Assembly: GCF_963675165.1 (NCBI RefSeq)
Contig: NC_087378.1
Span: forward strand, 334,562 to 398,561
Origin: Halichondria panicea
Taxonomy: Eukaryota
Direction: 5' to 3'
DNA length: 64,000 nucleotides
Position numbers and translations under genes: made by a program. Below the pieces are notes generated by a model that saw only the letters and a program-made list of their open reading frames with translations, made no database searches and was not told the origin of the DNA. Positions 1 through 12,128 of the stretch are shown piece by piece. Within the stretch, counting starts at the first letter, position 1; each line of letters starts with the position of its first letter.

Positions 1-41
1 TTACTGCTCTCTGTGTGGATAATGACATGCACAAGGTTCAG

Positions 42-2804
42 TTAATGTTTGGGCATGTATTGATGTACAAGTTCATGTAGTCTTTTGTTCTCATCACTCA
101 ATCTGTCCACTTTGTCATTGAGCACTGCAAACTGGTGGGCCAGCCCCTCCTGTAATGAAGGAATAGTTAGTCAGTCAGATACAAACAGGGGAGGGGGTAT
201 GGTGGGTGGGCATGGTGGGTGGGCACACACACACAGGAGGGGGGGGTATGGTAGGTGGGCACACACACACACAGGAGGGGGGGTATGGTAGGTGGGCACA
301 CACATACACAGGAGGGGGGGGTATGGTGGGTGGGCACACACATACACAGGAGGGGGGGTATGGTGGGTGGGCACACACATACAGGAGGGGGGGGTATGGT
401 AGGTGGGCACACACACACACAGGAGGGGGGGTATGGTGGGTGGGCACACACATACAGGAGGGGGGGGTATGGTAGGTGGGCACACACATACACAGGAGGG
501 GGGGTATGGTAGGTGGGCACACACATACAGGAGGGGGGGGTATGGTGGGTGGGCACACACATACAGGAGGGGGGGGTATGGTAGGTGGGCACACACACAC
601 ACAGGAGGGGGGGTATGGTAGGTGGGCACACACATACACAGGAGGGGGGGGTATGGTGGGTGGGCACACACATACACAGGAGGGGGGGTATGGTGGGTGG
701 GCACACACATACACAGGAGGGGGGGTATGGTGGGTGGGCACACACATACACAGGAGGGGGGGGTATGGTGGGTGGGCACACACATACACAGGAGGGGGGG
801 GTATGGTAGGTGGGCACACACACACACAGGAGGGGGGGTATGGTAGGTGGGCACACACATACACAGGAGGGGGGGGTATGGTGGGTGGGCACACACATAC
901 ACAGGAGGGGGGGTATGGTGGGTGGGCACACACATACACACAGGAGGGGGGGGTGGTGGTTAAGGCTGACCTGGAGAGTGAGGAACTGTCTGATCATGTC
1001 CACGGTCAGTCCTCTAGTGTCCCTGTGCACAGAGTACCTGCAGTGTGTGTGTGGAGAGGATTTGTTGGTTGATGCAATATTATATCCTCAAAGTTAGCTA
1101 TCAAAATAGACCCATTCCCATGTTTTTTCTAAAATTTTAGCCTGAAAGCAGTCATTGATTTAAGCACACCATTCAATAGAGCTAATATGAAAGAGCTAAA
1201 AACTGCACTATTACATATGTAATATGCACACACATAAGCAGTGGTCATGGGAGTACAGTAATGTCCTCTCACCACAGCTCCTCAGTGGAGTCCTTGACAA
1301 CCCTCTCCAGGTATTGGGTCTGTACCCCACTGGCCATAGAGGGGGGTGGGGCAAGAGGGGAATCCCCTCTCTCCTCCATGGTAACCTGTGCAGTACAGTC
1401 ATCACTATAGTATACAATATTGATGACAGTACCAGAACTCACAGTCTCAGATGGTACCAGTAATGGTGTCTCTAGGTCAGCACGACTGACATCAGTCACT
1501 GTGTGTGTGTGTGTGTGGGTGTGCGTAGTGTGTGTGTGTAGTTGGTGGGTATGGGGTAGGGATAAGGATGTACTCACCTGTTGCCCTGGTAACTGGCTCC
1601 AATGCTTGTGATACTAACACAGAGTGTTTTAAACGTGGCTCAGGAGGTGGTTCCTGAGGGGTCATGTGACCTGACAACAAGGGACTGCTTGTATCAATCA
1701 GTAATGGGGACTGTCCGATTAATAAATCACCATGACGACCACTGTTTAGGGGGGAGAATATTCCAGCCCCTGAATTACCACTAGTCGTTGAATGAGCACT
1801 TTTGTTTGATTGCAATAGAGGCGTTGCTATTGGCAACCTGGGGAAAGGGGCCTGTACGACACTAGCTGGTGTAGAGGTGGTCAGGGTGTTGTTGGTTGCG
1901 GGGGGCTGACTGATGGTGGGGGGTCTCTGTGTGGGGGGTACTGATGCTGTGATCTTGCCAGCTGATGAGAGGGGCGTGGTCATACTCTTAGAGTCAAGTG
2001 GACTGAAGATACCTGGAGCCGATAACATTGATTGAGATAATGCTGTACACAACAGCTACTGCCATATATTGTATCAACGACTTGTATCTATATACACAAT
2101 ATTAGTAACTCACTCGACATATTCCCACCATCACTGTTGGCTGGTGTAACCATGGCAGAGGCTGTGGGGGGTCCTCTCTTACCACCCCCCTTCATGAGAC
2201 TATAGGGTGTGGCCACCTCCAGTGGAGCCCCTCCCACTCCTCGCTGCTGGGTGACAAACGGTGTCATTGTCTCAGGGAGAAAGGACACATCTTGTCGTGG
2301 CTCTTGAGATGACCTCTGACCCCTGGGTGGGCTCTTGTTGCTCATGCTGGCATCTACAGTGTAGGGGCAGGAACACACAATAGTGATTATCCTGGTGAAG
2401 GGGTGCTTACCTTTAGAGTGTGATCCTCTATCTCTCGAGGAGCTCCTCTTAGCAAGCATCTACAGAACAAACAATAAACAAAAATCTACCAACACACACA
2501 CACTCTTCAGACAAGGTAATGGTTCACACACACACACACACACATTGTGGGCACCTTGAGTGGAGTCTGTGGTGCTATGCGGGTGACTGCCGTCTGGTGA
2601 GCCTCAGTGACTGACTTGGGAGTCTTGAGAGAGCGCAGCTCATACAGGTAGAGCTTGCCTACAGGGGGACACATACACACACTGTACATAGGCTGAACAC
2701 ACACACACACACATACCATCAGTTCCTCCTGCTAGTAAGGTGGAGCCATCCCTCAGAATACTGACAGAGGACAGAGGGGTAGGAGCAGCTATCGTCGCCA
2801 CCAT

Positions 2805-2837
<33 letters not shown>

Positions 2838-3128
2838 TGGGTGGGTATACACAGTGTAGTGTGTGGAGATGTGACTCACTTTCTGGTCTGCAGGTCGTAG
2901 CAACGAATGCACGAGTCCAGTCCAACACTGACCATGAGGATCTTGTTGCTGGGAGTGAAGCTCAGGTCCGTAGCAACATCTACACGGGGACAGAGGTCAA
3001 TGCAAAGCAAAATAGCTCACTTTAGAAAGTCTCTACAATAACAACTTTTGATTAGATGAAATTGGGATCTAAAACACACTCTTTGTGAGGACTACAAAAT
3101 AAAATGTACCAAAATTATTTGTTAAGAC

Positions 3129-3162
<34 letters not shown>

Positions 3163-4310
3163 CTGTTCCCCGCCCCCATACACTACCTGAGTGTTTCGTT
3201 GTGAATGTTGTGAGCTTCCTCTGTGACTCTATGCTCCACAGAGAGACCTCCCCTCCCTCACACACACAGCCGAGGTGAGACTGCTCCATCAGGGACACAC
3301 TCAATCTAGACACTGCCTGTAAGGAGTGGGCACCATCTTAGCACACTGGCTGTTGGTGAGTCTGATGGACCCACTCACCTGAGGAGAGGGTTGGTCTGGG
3401 GTCAGCTGGACACTCTTACCAACACCGGAGAGGGAGTGGAGGAATATGTGTCCATCCTGTCCCCCGGACACCACCAGTTGATCATTGCTTGTAGCCACCA
3501 CACTGTTGACAGCTCCACTATGACCCTGTGTGTGTGTGAGGGAGGAGTGGGTGTGAGGGAGTGTGTGTGAGGGAGTGTGTGTGAGGGGGTGTGTGTGAGG
3601 GAGGAGTGGGTGTGAGGGAGTGTGTGTGAGGGAGTGTGTGTGAGGGAGTGGGTGTGAGGGAGTGGGTGTGAGGGAGTGGGTGAAGTAATGAAGAGATTAC
3701 AAAGTAGATTACTGGAAATGTTTTGATGATATTCTTGTGTTTGAGGTCCCATACAAAGACAGAGGAGTTGCCACATCCACTGGCGAGGTAGCGGCTGTTG
3801 CCTAGGAGACAGCCACAAGTGAACGCACCATCCTCCTGTCAGTGTGTGTGTGTGTGTGTGAGTGTGTGTGATGTATGCGCTGGTTACCACCCACCTTGTG
3901 TACAAGGTAGCTCCAGGTAATGATGTCATCTCTAAAGTCACACACAGCCACTCTGTCCCCACACTTGGGCACCACTGCCAGCTTAGAGTCTGGCCTTAGT
4001 TAAGAGGAACAACCACACACAGTCACTAGGGTAGCTACTACAGTATGTAGGGGAGGGTACTGGAGCACTAGCTACTAGAGTATGTAGGGGAGGGTGCTGG
4101 AGTACTAGCTATTACAGTATGTAGGGGAGGGTGCTGGAGTACTAGCTACTAGAGTATGGTGATGGGGGGGATACTGTTGGAGCTCCATGAGAGGGAGGAA
4201 ATATGATAGTCAGAGTCTGGGAAGGGCTCAGCAGCTCTCTTCCGAGTCAGCGTCTTCTCCTCCCAGAATACCACACTGTTCCGAGCACCAGTCACTAACT
4301 CTGTCATTGC
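42..4310 (-). CDS. NEDD1: NEDD1-like WD40-repeat protein (gamma-tubulin complex recruitment factor); multi-exon gene span
   Basis: Minus-strand exons translate to WD40 repeats, for example VATSNDQLVVSGGQDGHIFLHSL and QEDGAFTCGCLLGNSRYLASGCGNSSVFVWDL. Two segments align to human NEDD1: MVATIAAPTPLSSVSILRDGSTLLAGGTDG and KLYLYELRSLKTPKSVTEAHQTAVTRIAPQ versus VKTLVADTPLTAVDFMPDGATLAIGSSRG and KIYQYDLRMLKSPVKTISAHKTSVQCIAFQ. An S/T-rich middle region follows. The last exon (42-149, acceptor ttacag) encodes EGLAHQFAVLNDKVDRLSDENKRLHELVHQYMPKH*, matching the NEDD1 C-terminal coiled coil (LREENKRLRAHF). The start is assigned near MTELVTGARNSVVFWEEK at about 4310. Confidence 0.6.
175..955. repeat. 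Minisatellite: about 21 tandem copies of a 36-38 bp G-rich unit GGAGGGGGGGTATGGTGGGTGGGCACACACATACACA, in the last intron of the NEDD1-like gene
   Basis: Directly visible periodicity. Every reading frame gives long artefactual ORFs (PPTIPPLLCVCV..., GGMVGGHTHT...). G-runs are on the + strand, which is the non-template strand relative to the minus-strand gene. Confidence 0.95.
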
Positions 4311-4558
4311 ACAGGCTTTGTCTTTTGGGTTTCTCACTACACCACATATTGGGTACGGGTCACCTTGCACATGAAAGATGGGCGTGGCTCATTTTTTGAT
4401 TTTGGGGTTTGAGAATTTGAGCATGCGCAGTATCAAAGTATCAGCCTCGATTTCAAGCCGCCGTGTCTTTGAGTACTAACTACCCTCCAACTCCACACAA
4501 TTTATAACAAACAAAGCAGAGTGAAGGAGCTAACGATTAACAGTGAAGAGTTAGAGAG

Positions 4559-6806
4559 ATGGAGAACAAATTATACTTCATAGTGGTCATTGTGTGTCTA
4601 TTGCAACTGTCCACCTCTGTCATCTTACAGGATACCCAAGGTGAGCCCATCACTCAGTACTGTTGCACAGGCTAGAGCTAAGACAGTCTCCTGTGTGTGC
4701 ATGCACAAGACAATCCATGCAAGGTGTTAGACTGATCACATAATAGTATTGTTAGTCCGCTCAGTACTCAGTAAGTGTTTAGCTGCATGCAAACGTGCAT
4801 AGTTAGCTTTATTATTGCATACTGTATAGAGGGTATATTTCGAGGGTATAAATGTTTGGTTATCGCGGATTAAGCATATACTGCGAACATTTATAACCCT
4901 GAATTTAATATCGCATGCATGCATGCTGCAAAAAGGCTGCTATTCTCCGAAAAATTTAATCCACGAAAACCTTTCTAAAGGCATTTCCTCTACCCTCGAA
5001 ATATATATACCCAACTATATTATATACGGTAGTTAGCTTTAATTGTACATTGGTGTAAAGGAACGCTGGTCTCTGGAATTATCACCTTTTGTGTGTTAAT
5101 CAGCACAAGACACAAGATCAATGCTCCTGTGTTGGGCCAATACACTGACCCCCAGGCACAACACACCACCGCCTTGGGCATCTTCTAATCTCGTTTGACT
5201 ACAACTGTTTTGCATACTAGACCACAAAAGTGTGCATTTTGCACCACAAATCTTGTTATGCAGTCATTGTTTGAGGCCATATATGCCATGGTTTTTTGTG
5301 TATACCCCAAACAACCCTTAAATTGGAATTGGCCTAGCTATTAATCATATATTTCTCTGAGCAGCAGCTGAGGCGACCACAGTGGAGTGTCAGGAGTCAG
5401 AGTACCGAGTAATGGAGGGTCAGAGTGTGCAAGTGTGCCTCCAGTTCACAGGACCACTCTCCATTGATGAAGATGAAGAGAACCTTTTTGTGGTAGCTAA
5501 TGTCTTCACTCAACCTATCACTGCCGGTGAGCTTAATTATTACACTATAATTATACATGGAAATTTGCAATTATTGTACATGTCAATATCTCCTAGCTTT
5601 CTTTTGATAATTATGATTATGATTATTGCACTCTCTCTCTCTGTAGATGTATCTGACTTTGGGGCTACCAATTTGAGCTCCATTATGACTTTCAGTATGA
5701 CCTTTTCCCCTAATACTCGAGGGTTGTTTTCGTTGCCTTGTGTTGAGGTGGTGAGCCGTATGGGCGATGTTCGTGAGGGTGTGAGGGTTGTGATAGCACA
5801 GCAAAAACCTCACGAATCACTCCGCAACTGTACAGTGTATATTAGGGACAAGGGAGAGACCACCACGTCAGGTAAGCTAGTACACTCGTCTCTGTTGTTA
5901 CGTAGAGTTAATTTTGAAGCATTTGAAATAGCATTCCAACGGAAGCTGATAATTCTCCATCACCTAATTTGACAATACCTTCACTGGTTTCAATAATCAA
6001 CAAACTATTGCTGTATCCGGCCTGAACCCTGTACCCTATGTTGTATAAATAAATTTGTTCATTTCCTCTCCTCCTCTGACAGGTTCTACTGAAGTGTCAT
6101 CCACTGGGGGAATCCCCCAATCACAGGGCACAGTCGGTGCTATTGCTGGAGGTGTGGTGGGTACTCTCATTGGATTGGTCGGAATCACTGTCGCCATAGT
6201 AACTCTCGTAGTGATGTTCTGTTGCTGTCACCTAAAGGACAAGAATTTAGAGTAAGTTAATAAATTAATTTCTAATCACGGTAATAATAATTATTTGCTA
6301 TTCTTCCGCAGCTCTGACAAGTGTAGGCCTAAACCAGTGGTATACAAGTAAGTTCATAGTCTAGTCTTCTCAGCTTTAGATGATGAGTGGTCATTTCTAG
6401 CAGGAGGAGTGATTCCAGTGGTTCAGAGGTCGGTGTGGTCACACCCACTAGAAGGGGAGAGCTTGTCGCTGTACCAATGGACAACCCAGTCTACAATGAA
6501 GAAATGCAAGGATATGTGGCAGAAGGTATGCTGTTGATAAAGGTGACCTTAATGGAAAATTATTCACCAAATTTCTTTCTTCCCACAGACCCTCCCCCCT
6601 CCAGTCCAATCTATAGCAATGTATCTCACGAGACACTCCCGGAGGACTATGAGATACCCCTCCCATTGACCAATCAGAATTCAGTCGACCAGACTGCCCT
6701 CCCCTATGAGGTCCCACTGACATCACGTAGCAACTCTAATGACTCAGCAGGAGCCTCGGGAGTTGATCACATGTACCACACACTCGAGACACCACGGAAG
6801 ATATGA
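4559..6806 (+). CDS. Novel type I single-pass transmembrane protein: signal peptide, ~165 aa 4-Cys ectodomain, cytoplasmic tail with NPVY, YSNV, DYEIPL, LPYEVPL and HMYHTL motifs; 7 exons
   Basis: Exon 1 (4559-4640) encodes MENKLYFIVVIVCLLQLSTSVILQDTQ, a hydrophobic signal peptide, with a gtgagc donor. Exon 4 encodes a TM helix, GAIAGGVVGTLIGLVGITVAIVTLVVMFCCC. Exons are phase-consistent with GT-AG introns, and the stop is at 6806. No recognisable family match from memory. Confidence 0.55.
4820..5035. mobile_element. MITE-like non-autonomous DNA transposon (~215 bp) with terminal inverted repeats, flanked by the direct repeat TAGTTAGCTTTA
   Basis: Left terminus ACTGTATAGAGGGTATATTTCGAGGGTA and right terminus TACCCTCGAAATATATATACCC are reverse complements. 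The 12-bp direct repeat TAGTTAGCTTTA occurs at 4800-4811 and 5030-5041, consistent with a target-site duplication. It lies in intron 1 of the TM-protein gene. The termini resemble the elements at 17625-17815 and 30781-30988. Confidence 0.6.
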
Positions 6807-6959
6807 ACTGTCTGAACAATTATTTAGGTACAAATTTATTATCCCCAATTTTTTATGCCCCTCCAATCAAAAGTCCTATATAATGCCGATCTGGAATCTG
6901 CTCCTGACAATGTTAGTCTCGCACAGCCATCCCCGGATGTTTTCTATTTGAACGCTAGG

Positions 6960-7265
6960 TCGATAACAATTTTTAATCGGGGCTGGTGCGAGACTATGAC
7001 AATGTGACTACATGTATAGTGCTAGTGATGACAATCAGCAGAAAAGCTAACTTCGAGTTAAGGCCGCAAGGACATTACTAGCCTCGATTAAAAGCCGGAA
7101 GGAGGCTATTAATATTAATAGCGGGAAGTTGGTTTACTTCCGGAAGTCTATGCACTGAATGGGCTTCACTGAGCTAGCCGGAGAAGACAGAAGATTTGCT
7201 TGTTGTTGGCTACATAGCTGTGACATCCTGGCTGAGTTGGTGTTGTACAGAACAGGCCGCAGGTA
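6960..7265 (+). promoter_or_regulatory. Candidate promoter / 5' non-coding exon of the LDB gene, with a cluster of GGAA (ETS-type) cores including the palindrome ACTTCCGGAAGT
   Basis: GGAA cores in AGCCGGAAGG (7093-7102), GCGGGAAGTT (7121-7130) and the palindrome ACTTCCGGAAGT (7135-7146). A gt donor follows near 7262 (CCGCAG|GTAGAAG). This lies upstream of the first coding exon at ~7691. The inference is from motif content only. Confidence 0.3.
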
Positions 7266-7690
7266 GAAGAATCAACAACAACTATGTGAGCTCAACTATG
7301 AGAAACTAGCGCTAGCTATGAATATTAATAATAGTACTATACCACCTTGACATTGTGCTAGTTGGTTAGCTCAAGTACAAGTGCATCAGACAAGCTATGC
7401 ATTATACATTGTAGAGATTGTGTGTTGCATAAGTTACGGTCATTGGTAGCTAGTGTAGTGAAGGCTGACCCCCTGTGTAGAGTGAAGGCTGACCCCCTGT
7501 GTAGAGGACCCCCTGTGTGACTATAGAGTGAAGGGGACCCCCTGTGCAGTTCGTACCAGCAATGGTTGTGATATTAGTGCAGCATTAAAATTACATAACG
7601 ATTTTCGGTGCCAACCATGTAGTGTCTCAGCCAGGTTTCCACTGTGGGGTGATATAATTAACAGCATGCAATAACCTTGATCTCTGCAGG

Positions 7691-10482
7691 GAGCAACAAT
7701 ACGTCCAGGCTGGTTGGGCCCCCGCCCATCCCGTGGTGCACATGGAGTATGCAGGCTTTGCTGGAGGTCATCCCCCACCTTTCACAAGTCCTCCGGCAAC
7801 CCCCATGACCCCTATGACTCCTGTGACCCCTCACCACGCTTTTCCAATGCCTCAGTACGACTTGCCCAACCATTACAACAGGTACTGTGTACACGCACAC
7901 ACGTTGCTTACTGGTCCATCACAAACAAGGTCCCTTATGCTAACACCGTCTCTTATGCTAACACCGTGCTTGATGACGCACACAACAACTACTTAACTGG
8001 TGGGTGTGGCTTGTTTACTACTTGTAAAGTTCTGTCTGTAGGTTGTGGGAATGTAGTTGTTCTAGACATGCTCTAGTTCATCTGTGGACACTCCCTCCAC
8101 CAGACCTTGAGTACAAGGCCATATCTGGCAGCTATAGCTAGCTAGGACATAAATGTTTGGGTACTGTAGACCATACATGACAGGACTTGTGTGGGGGTTA
8201 TTTCGAGGTTGATTTGCTCAGAGGTCCCACATAGGCTGCTTTGGTTTTCTGGCTGCAAATTGACCTCAATATTGTTGTCTGGTGGTTAGCCTCCTGTAAC
8301 CAACACTTGTATGGCCTGTGGTCACCATGGCAGCAGCTCTCCTGGGGAGAGTAGTTATAATAATAATGTCTGTTAACTATTTGCTTTGCCCTCAGGCTAG
8401 GCAGTGTTGAGATTGCTAGCTTCCATTGCTTGTACAACTTTGGGAGCTGAGAAAGGACTGCCTTGTTATATACCTACATGTACATGTAAGGCTAGTGCTG
8501 TTGTTAGGTGGAGCGTTAAATGCTGGCAAATTGTGTGTCTGTGTTCTAAGTTGATTGATGTGCGGGTCACATGTCTTGTTTCATGTGGTGTCTTCAGAGG
8601 CAATCAAGTGGCAGTGTACAACTCAACACCCTTAACCAGTGTACCCCATTCACCCACTGTAATAGTGTTTGTACATATCCTTAGCATGTATGTCCATGCA
8701 TGGTGTACAGCCCTTTCTGGGAACTGGGGTAACTCGAGATGACTGCTGTGGTACATCACCACATCCCCCCCCCCACACACACACACACACACACACTTGC
8801 TCTGTCCTTGCTCTAGGGCCTACAGTGTACTGTGTAGTTAGTGATGCTATAGCTTTGTTGAAAGATGCTGTACATGTGCTATTATAGTCTGTGTTCATGA
8901 TATGCACCACTGTAGGGTTGCTTTCTAGTGTCTGAGAGCTGTGTAGACAGTTCTAGATACTAACACACTTGGTTGTCTCTACCAACATGTCCCCCAGCAT
9001 GATCTAGCTCACTAACTGTCTGTCTGTCTGTCTGTCTCTCTGGTTGCATGCTTCTCCCAGTGGGCAAGATCAGCCTACTCCTTTGGATGACAGCCAGGCC
9101 CACCTGCCAGCTAGCCACCATCACCACCATGATGTATAGGCCAGGGTCTAGCTGTAGCTGGGGCTGTAGCCAGAACATTACCTGTTTGTGTGAATGTTGG
9201 CTAGTACTCAAATATGACATCATGGTAATGGTACCCACGGGAAGTATTGGATATTTTCTGATAGAGATATTGAGTTTCATTCTCATACACATGTAGCAGC
9301 TGTATATAATCACCATAGTAATCGGTCATACTTGATATATGATATAACCTCCAGTTAACCAGAATTTTCCCACACATTCTTCCATTCCTTTACCGTCCCT
9401 CCCACCCCCACAGTCATCCTCCACCGCCCCCTCAATACACCCCGCCCCCAGACTACAGACTGTTTGCGCTGTGTCAGCACCTTTCCCAGAACGGGGCGGC
9501 CGGCGGACTCAAGGATAGGGACAGCAAGTTCTGGTGGGAGGAGTTTATGAACGAGTTCTTTCATGAGGCGGCCACTCTTGTCATAGAGGTGGATCTGGGG
9601 GAGGGAACACGGAAGTTCAGTGAGTCATAAACTTTCATTATGCATGGGGGGGCTATCTCAGCTCGATCTGTGCACCACACAAGTCCTAGGGTTCTGCGAC
9701 CACTATGGTTGATTGATGGACCCTTGTGGTTATAGTTAGTGAGGGAAAGTTCCAGGTAGACCCCCCTTCCCTCGTCATTGCCATGGTTATACCCTCACAG
9801 GACTGAGTAGGCAATGGATACCATTCTACTTCAAGAGCTTCTTTGAGAATGGAGTGACATCACTGCACCTGTGTCTGGGAGAGGGGAGCAGCACTTATCA
9901 TCAAGGCCTCTTAGAAATGGAGTTCAGGAATACTATCATGGAGACACATCACTCGTCCCCTCAGCCGACAAAGGTGGGTGTGGCTTGTTGTCGTGGTAGC
10001 ATGTGGTGGGGTCCCTATAGATGTACGAGTGTGCTGTAGTGATAGTGTTGGAAGCCATTGTTTGATTTTCAACACAAATCGGTGGTTGTTGATTTTAACA
10101 CATCAGAGCAGTAGCAAGATACACAGAGAGTGTTGGGTTATGTTAATGCATTGTCGTTTGCTTTGTCACTCCTCACACACACACACTCCCCCCTCCCTCA
10201 CACACACACACACACCACACACACAGGTGTGCACCAGTGGATCTCTTATAGTGGACTTTACACTGGAGGAGAAGCCACGAATCATCTCGTGGTATTTCCA
10301 CATCAATGATCACATGGAGTTCGTACCACGGAAGAACACGACTCATGTAAGTCATGTGATCATCTCTCTCCTCCATTACTACATACATGTCCCTGTAGGA
10401 GGAACCAACTGGTGTCCTTAGCAACATCACCTGCAGAGGTTTGCTCCCGGCTACACAGAAACTGCTCTTTGTAAGTCTTGCG

Positions 10483-10524
<42 letters not shown>

Positions 10525-11431
10525 GTCATTTAACTTGTTCTGTCTTGGCTGTATGCAGGAGGTAGGGTTAATGGACTATCAGGAAACACCTCGGTCTGCA
10601 GGTATCAACTCCACCATCGCAGCAGGTACAGTGTATACACTAGTACTGTCTGCTGTGTATGTATACCGTACTGCAGTAGATCATCGATACTGTGTACTAT
10701 AACTTGTGGTCCCTCCCTCTAGTAACCTCGGGTTGTCAGTGGCCATCGTCACAACCTCCCCAGCTCATCTCGATGGGAGGAGACCAGTTCCAGATCACTA
10801 GTGAAGGTACTGTATAAGTGTGTGTGTGTGTGTGTGTGCGTGCGTGCGTGAGGTTTATTGACACTGTTTCATTCATTCGCACAGTTCCCGGGCAACCCGC
10901 TGCTCTGATGAATGGACATGTTCAAGCCGCCCCCACAGACTCTACCATTAAGTTGTCATGTAACAAAGTGACCTCGCCCATTGCCACACCCACTAGCATG
11001 ATGGTAGCCACTGAGGCAGTACTACTGGGAGACACCAGTGAGTATAGTGTACCAGTGTATATACAGAGTACCAGGAGTGAGTCAGATTAAGGATTGGTAG
11101 CCCATTAATTTTAATCATGCTAGGTTGAATGTGTGTACCCTAGTGTTTTTTTGCTAAACCTATCCTTGCATGCTAATTAACGTGTTATTATTTTTATAGT
11201 TGCTTTCTAGCTGTCATAATATACACGGTGTTTTTCACCCGCCCACTCAATGCAGCTGACATTCTGAGTCTATGTGTGGGCGGTGAGGAGCGTAGGATCA
11301 CAAAAGTGCACTGTCAGCAGAAACAAGTCCTCTGTTCACCACATCACAAGATGGACGCCCCCGTGTACTATAACCATAGCAACGTGGGCGCGTGGGGAGC
11401 ACATGTCAAGAGGGAGCAGCTCACTCAATGA
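7691..11431 (+). CDS. LDB: LIM domain-binding protein (LDB/CLIM/Chip) orthologue; multi-exon gene span
   Basis: Exons translate to HPPPPPQYTPPPDYRLFALCQHLSQNG...DSKFWWEEFMNEFFHEAATLVIEVDLGEGTRKF / RLSRQWIPFYFKSFFENGVTSLHLCLGEGSSTYHQGLLEMEFRNTIMETHH / VCTSGSLIVDFTLEEKPRIISWYFHINDHMEFVPRKNTTH. These align to human LDB1 DYRIFELNKRLQN...LWWDAFTTEFFEDDAMLTITF...PKRYTIGRTLIPRYFRSIFEGG.... A candidate LIM-interaction motif, MMVATEAVLLGDTSE, is near 10980-11030. Phase-consistent splice junctions were checked for the first three coding exons. The N-terminal Met is at 7742, or in an upstream exon. Confidence 0.8.
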
Positions 11432-11840
11432 ACACAATCAAAACATCCATCATTAAATTTTTATCTACACTATTCAAAACGCTTAATTGCAACTTTGGCT
11501 AATTTTTATGTGAGCTTTAATTGATTCTTAATTACCTCCTACAACGTGTTGTACGTGCCCCTTGTTAATCACACCGTGAAGTGGCTGTCATAATTATTAT
11601 TATTATTATTGATTATTAATTGTGTTGTGACGATATTGCTATAGCAACCTGTACCAATCAGTGTAGCATGTGAACAGAGAATATGGGAAATATTAGAATG
11701 GAATAAAACAGAATAATAATTATAGGCACAAAACATCTATAATAGTTTATACTATAATACATAGGAGTTCAAAGTTCATCTTCATATTGTAGTGTAGTAA
11801 GAGGACCGGAGGAGAGCCTGCTCTGGAGTCTGCAGGAGGT

Positions 11841-11972
11841 GGGGTGGGAGGGTTAAGCAATGTCTGCAGGAGGTGGGGTGGGAGGGTTAAGCAATGTCAG
11901 CAGGAGGTGGGGTGGGAGGGTTAAGCAATGTCAGCAGGAGGTGGGGTGGGAGGGTTAAGCAATGTCAGCAGT
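11841..11972. repeat. Tandem repeat, ~38-bp unit GCAGGAGGTGGGGTGGGAGGGTTAAGCAATGTCA x4, in the convergent 3' intergenic region between LDB and NCAPG
   Basis: Directly visible tandem copies. Confidence 0.9.
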
Positions 11973-12128
11973 AACCGTATATACACAACAATGATTGAAG
12001 GGCTTCATCATAACAGTGGGCTAACACAAATGCTGGAACTTCCATTTTGCACAAAATTTAAAACTTCATCATGATGTTCTGAAATACATTTCAAATGCCT
12101 ATAAAGTCTCTGTCCACCCACTCACTCC

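Noticed and set aside
85-1097. Many overlapping 60-290 aa ORFs on both strands (PPTIPPLLCVCV..., GGMVGGHTHT...)
   Set aside because: They lie entirely within the 37-bp minisatellite, and every frame is open because the unit lacks stop codons. They are translation artefacts, not genes.
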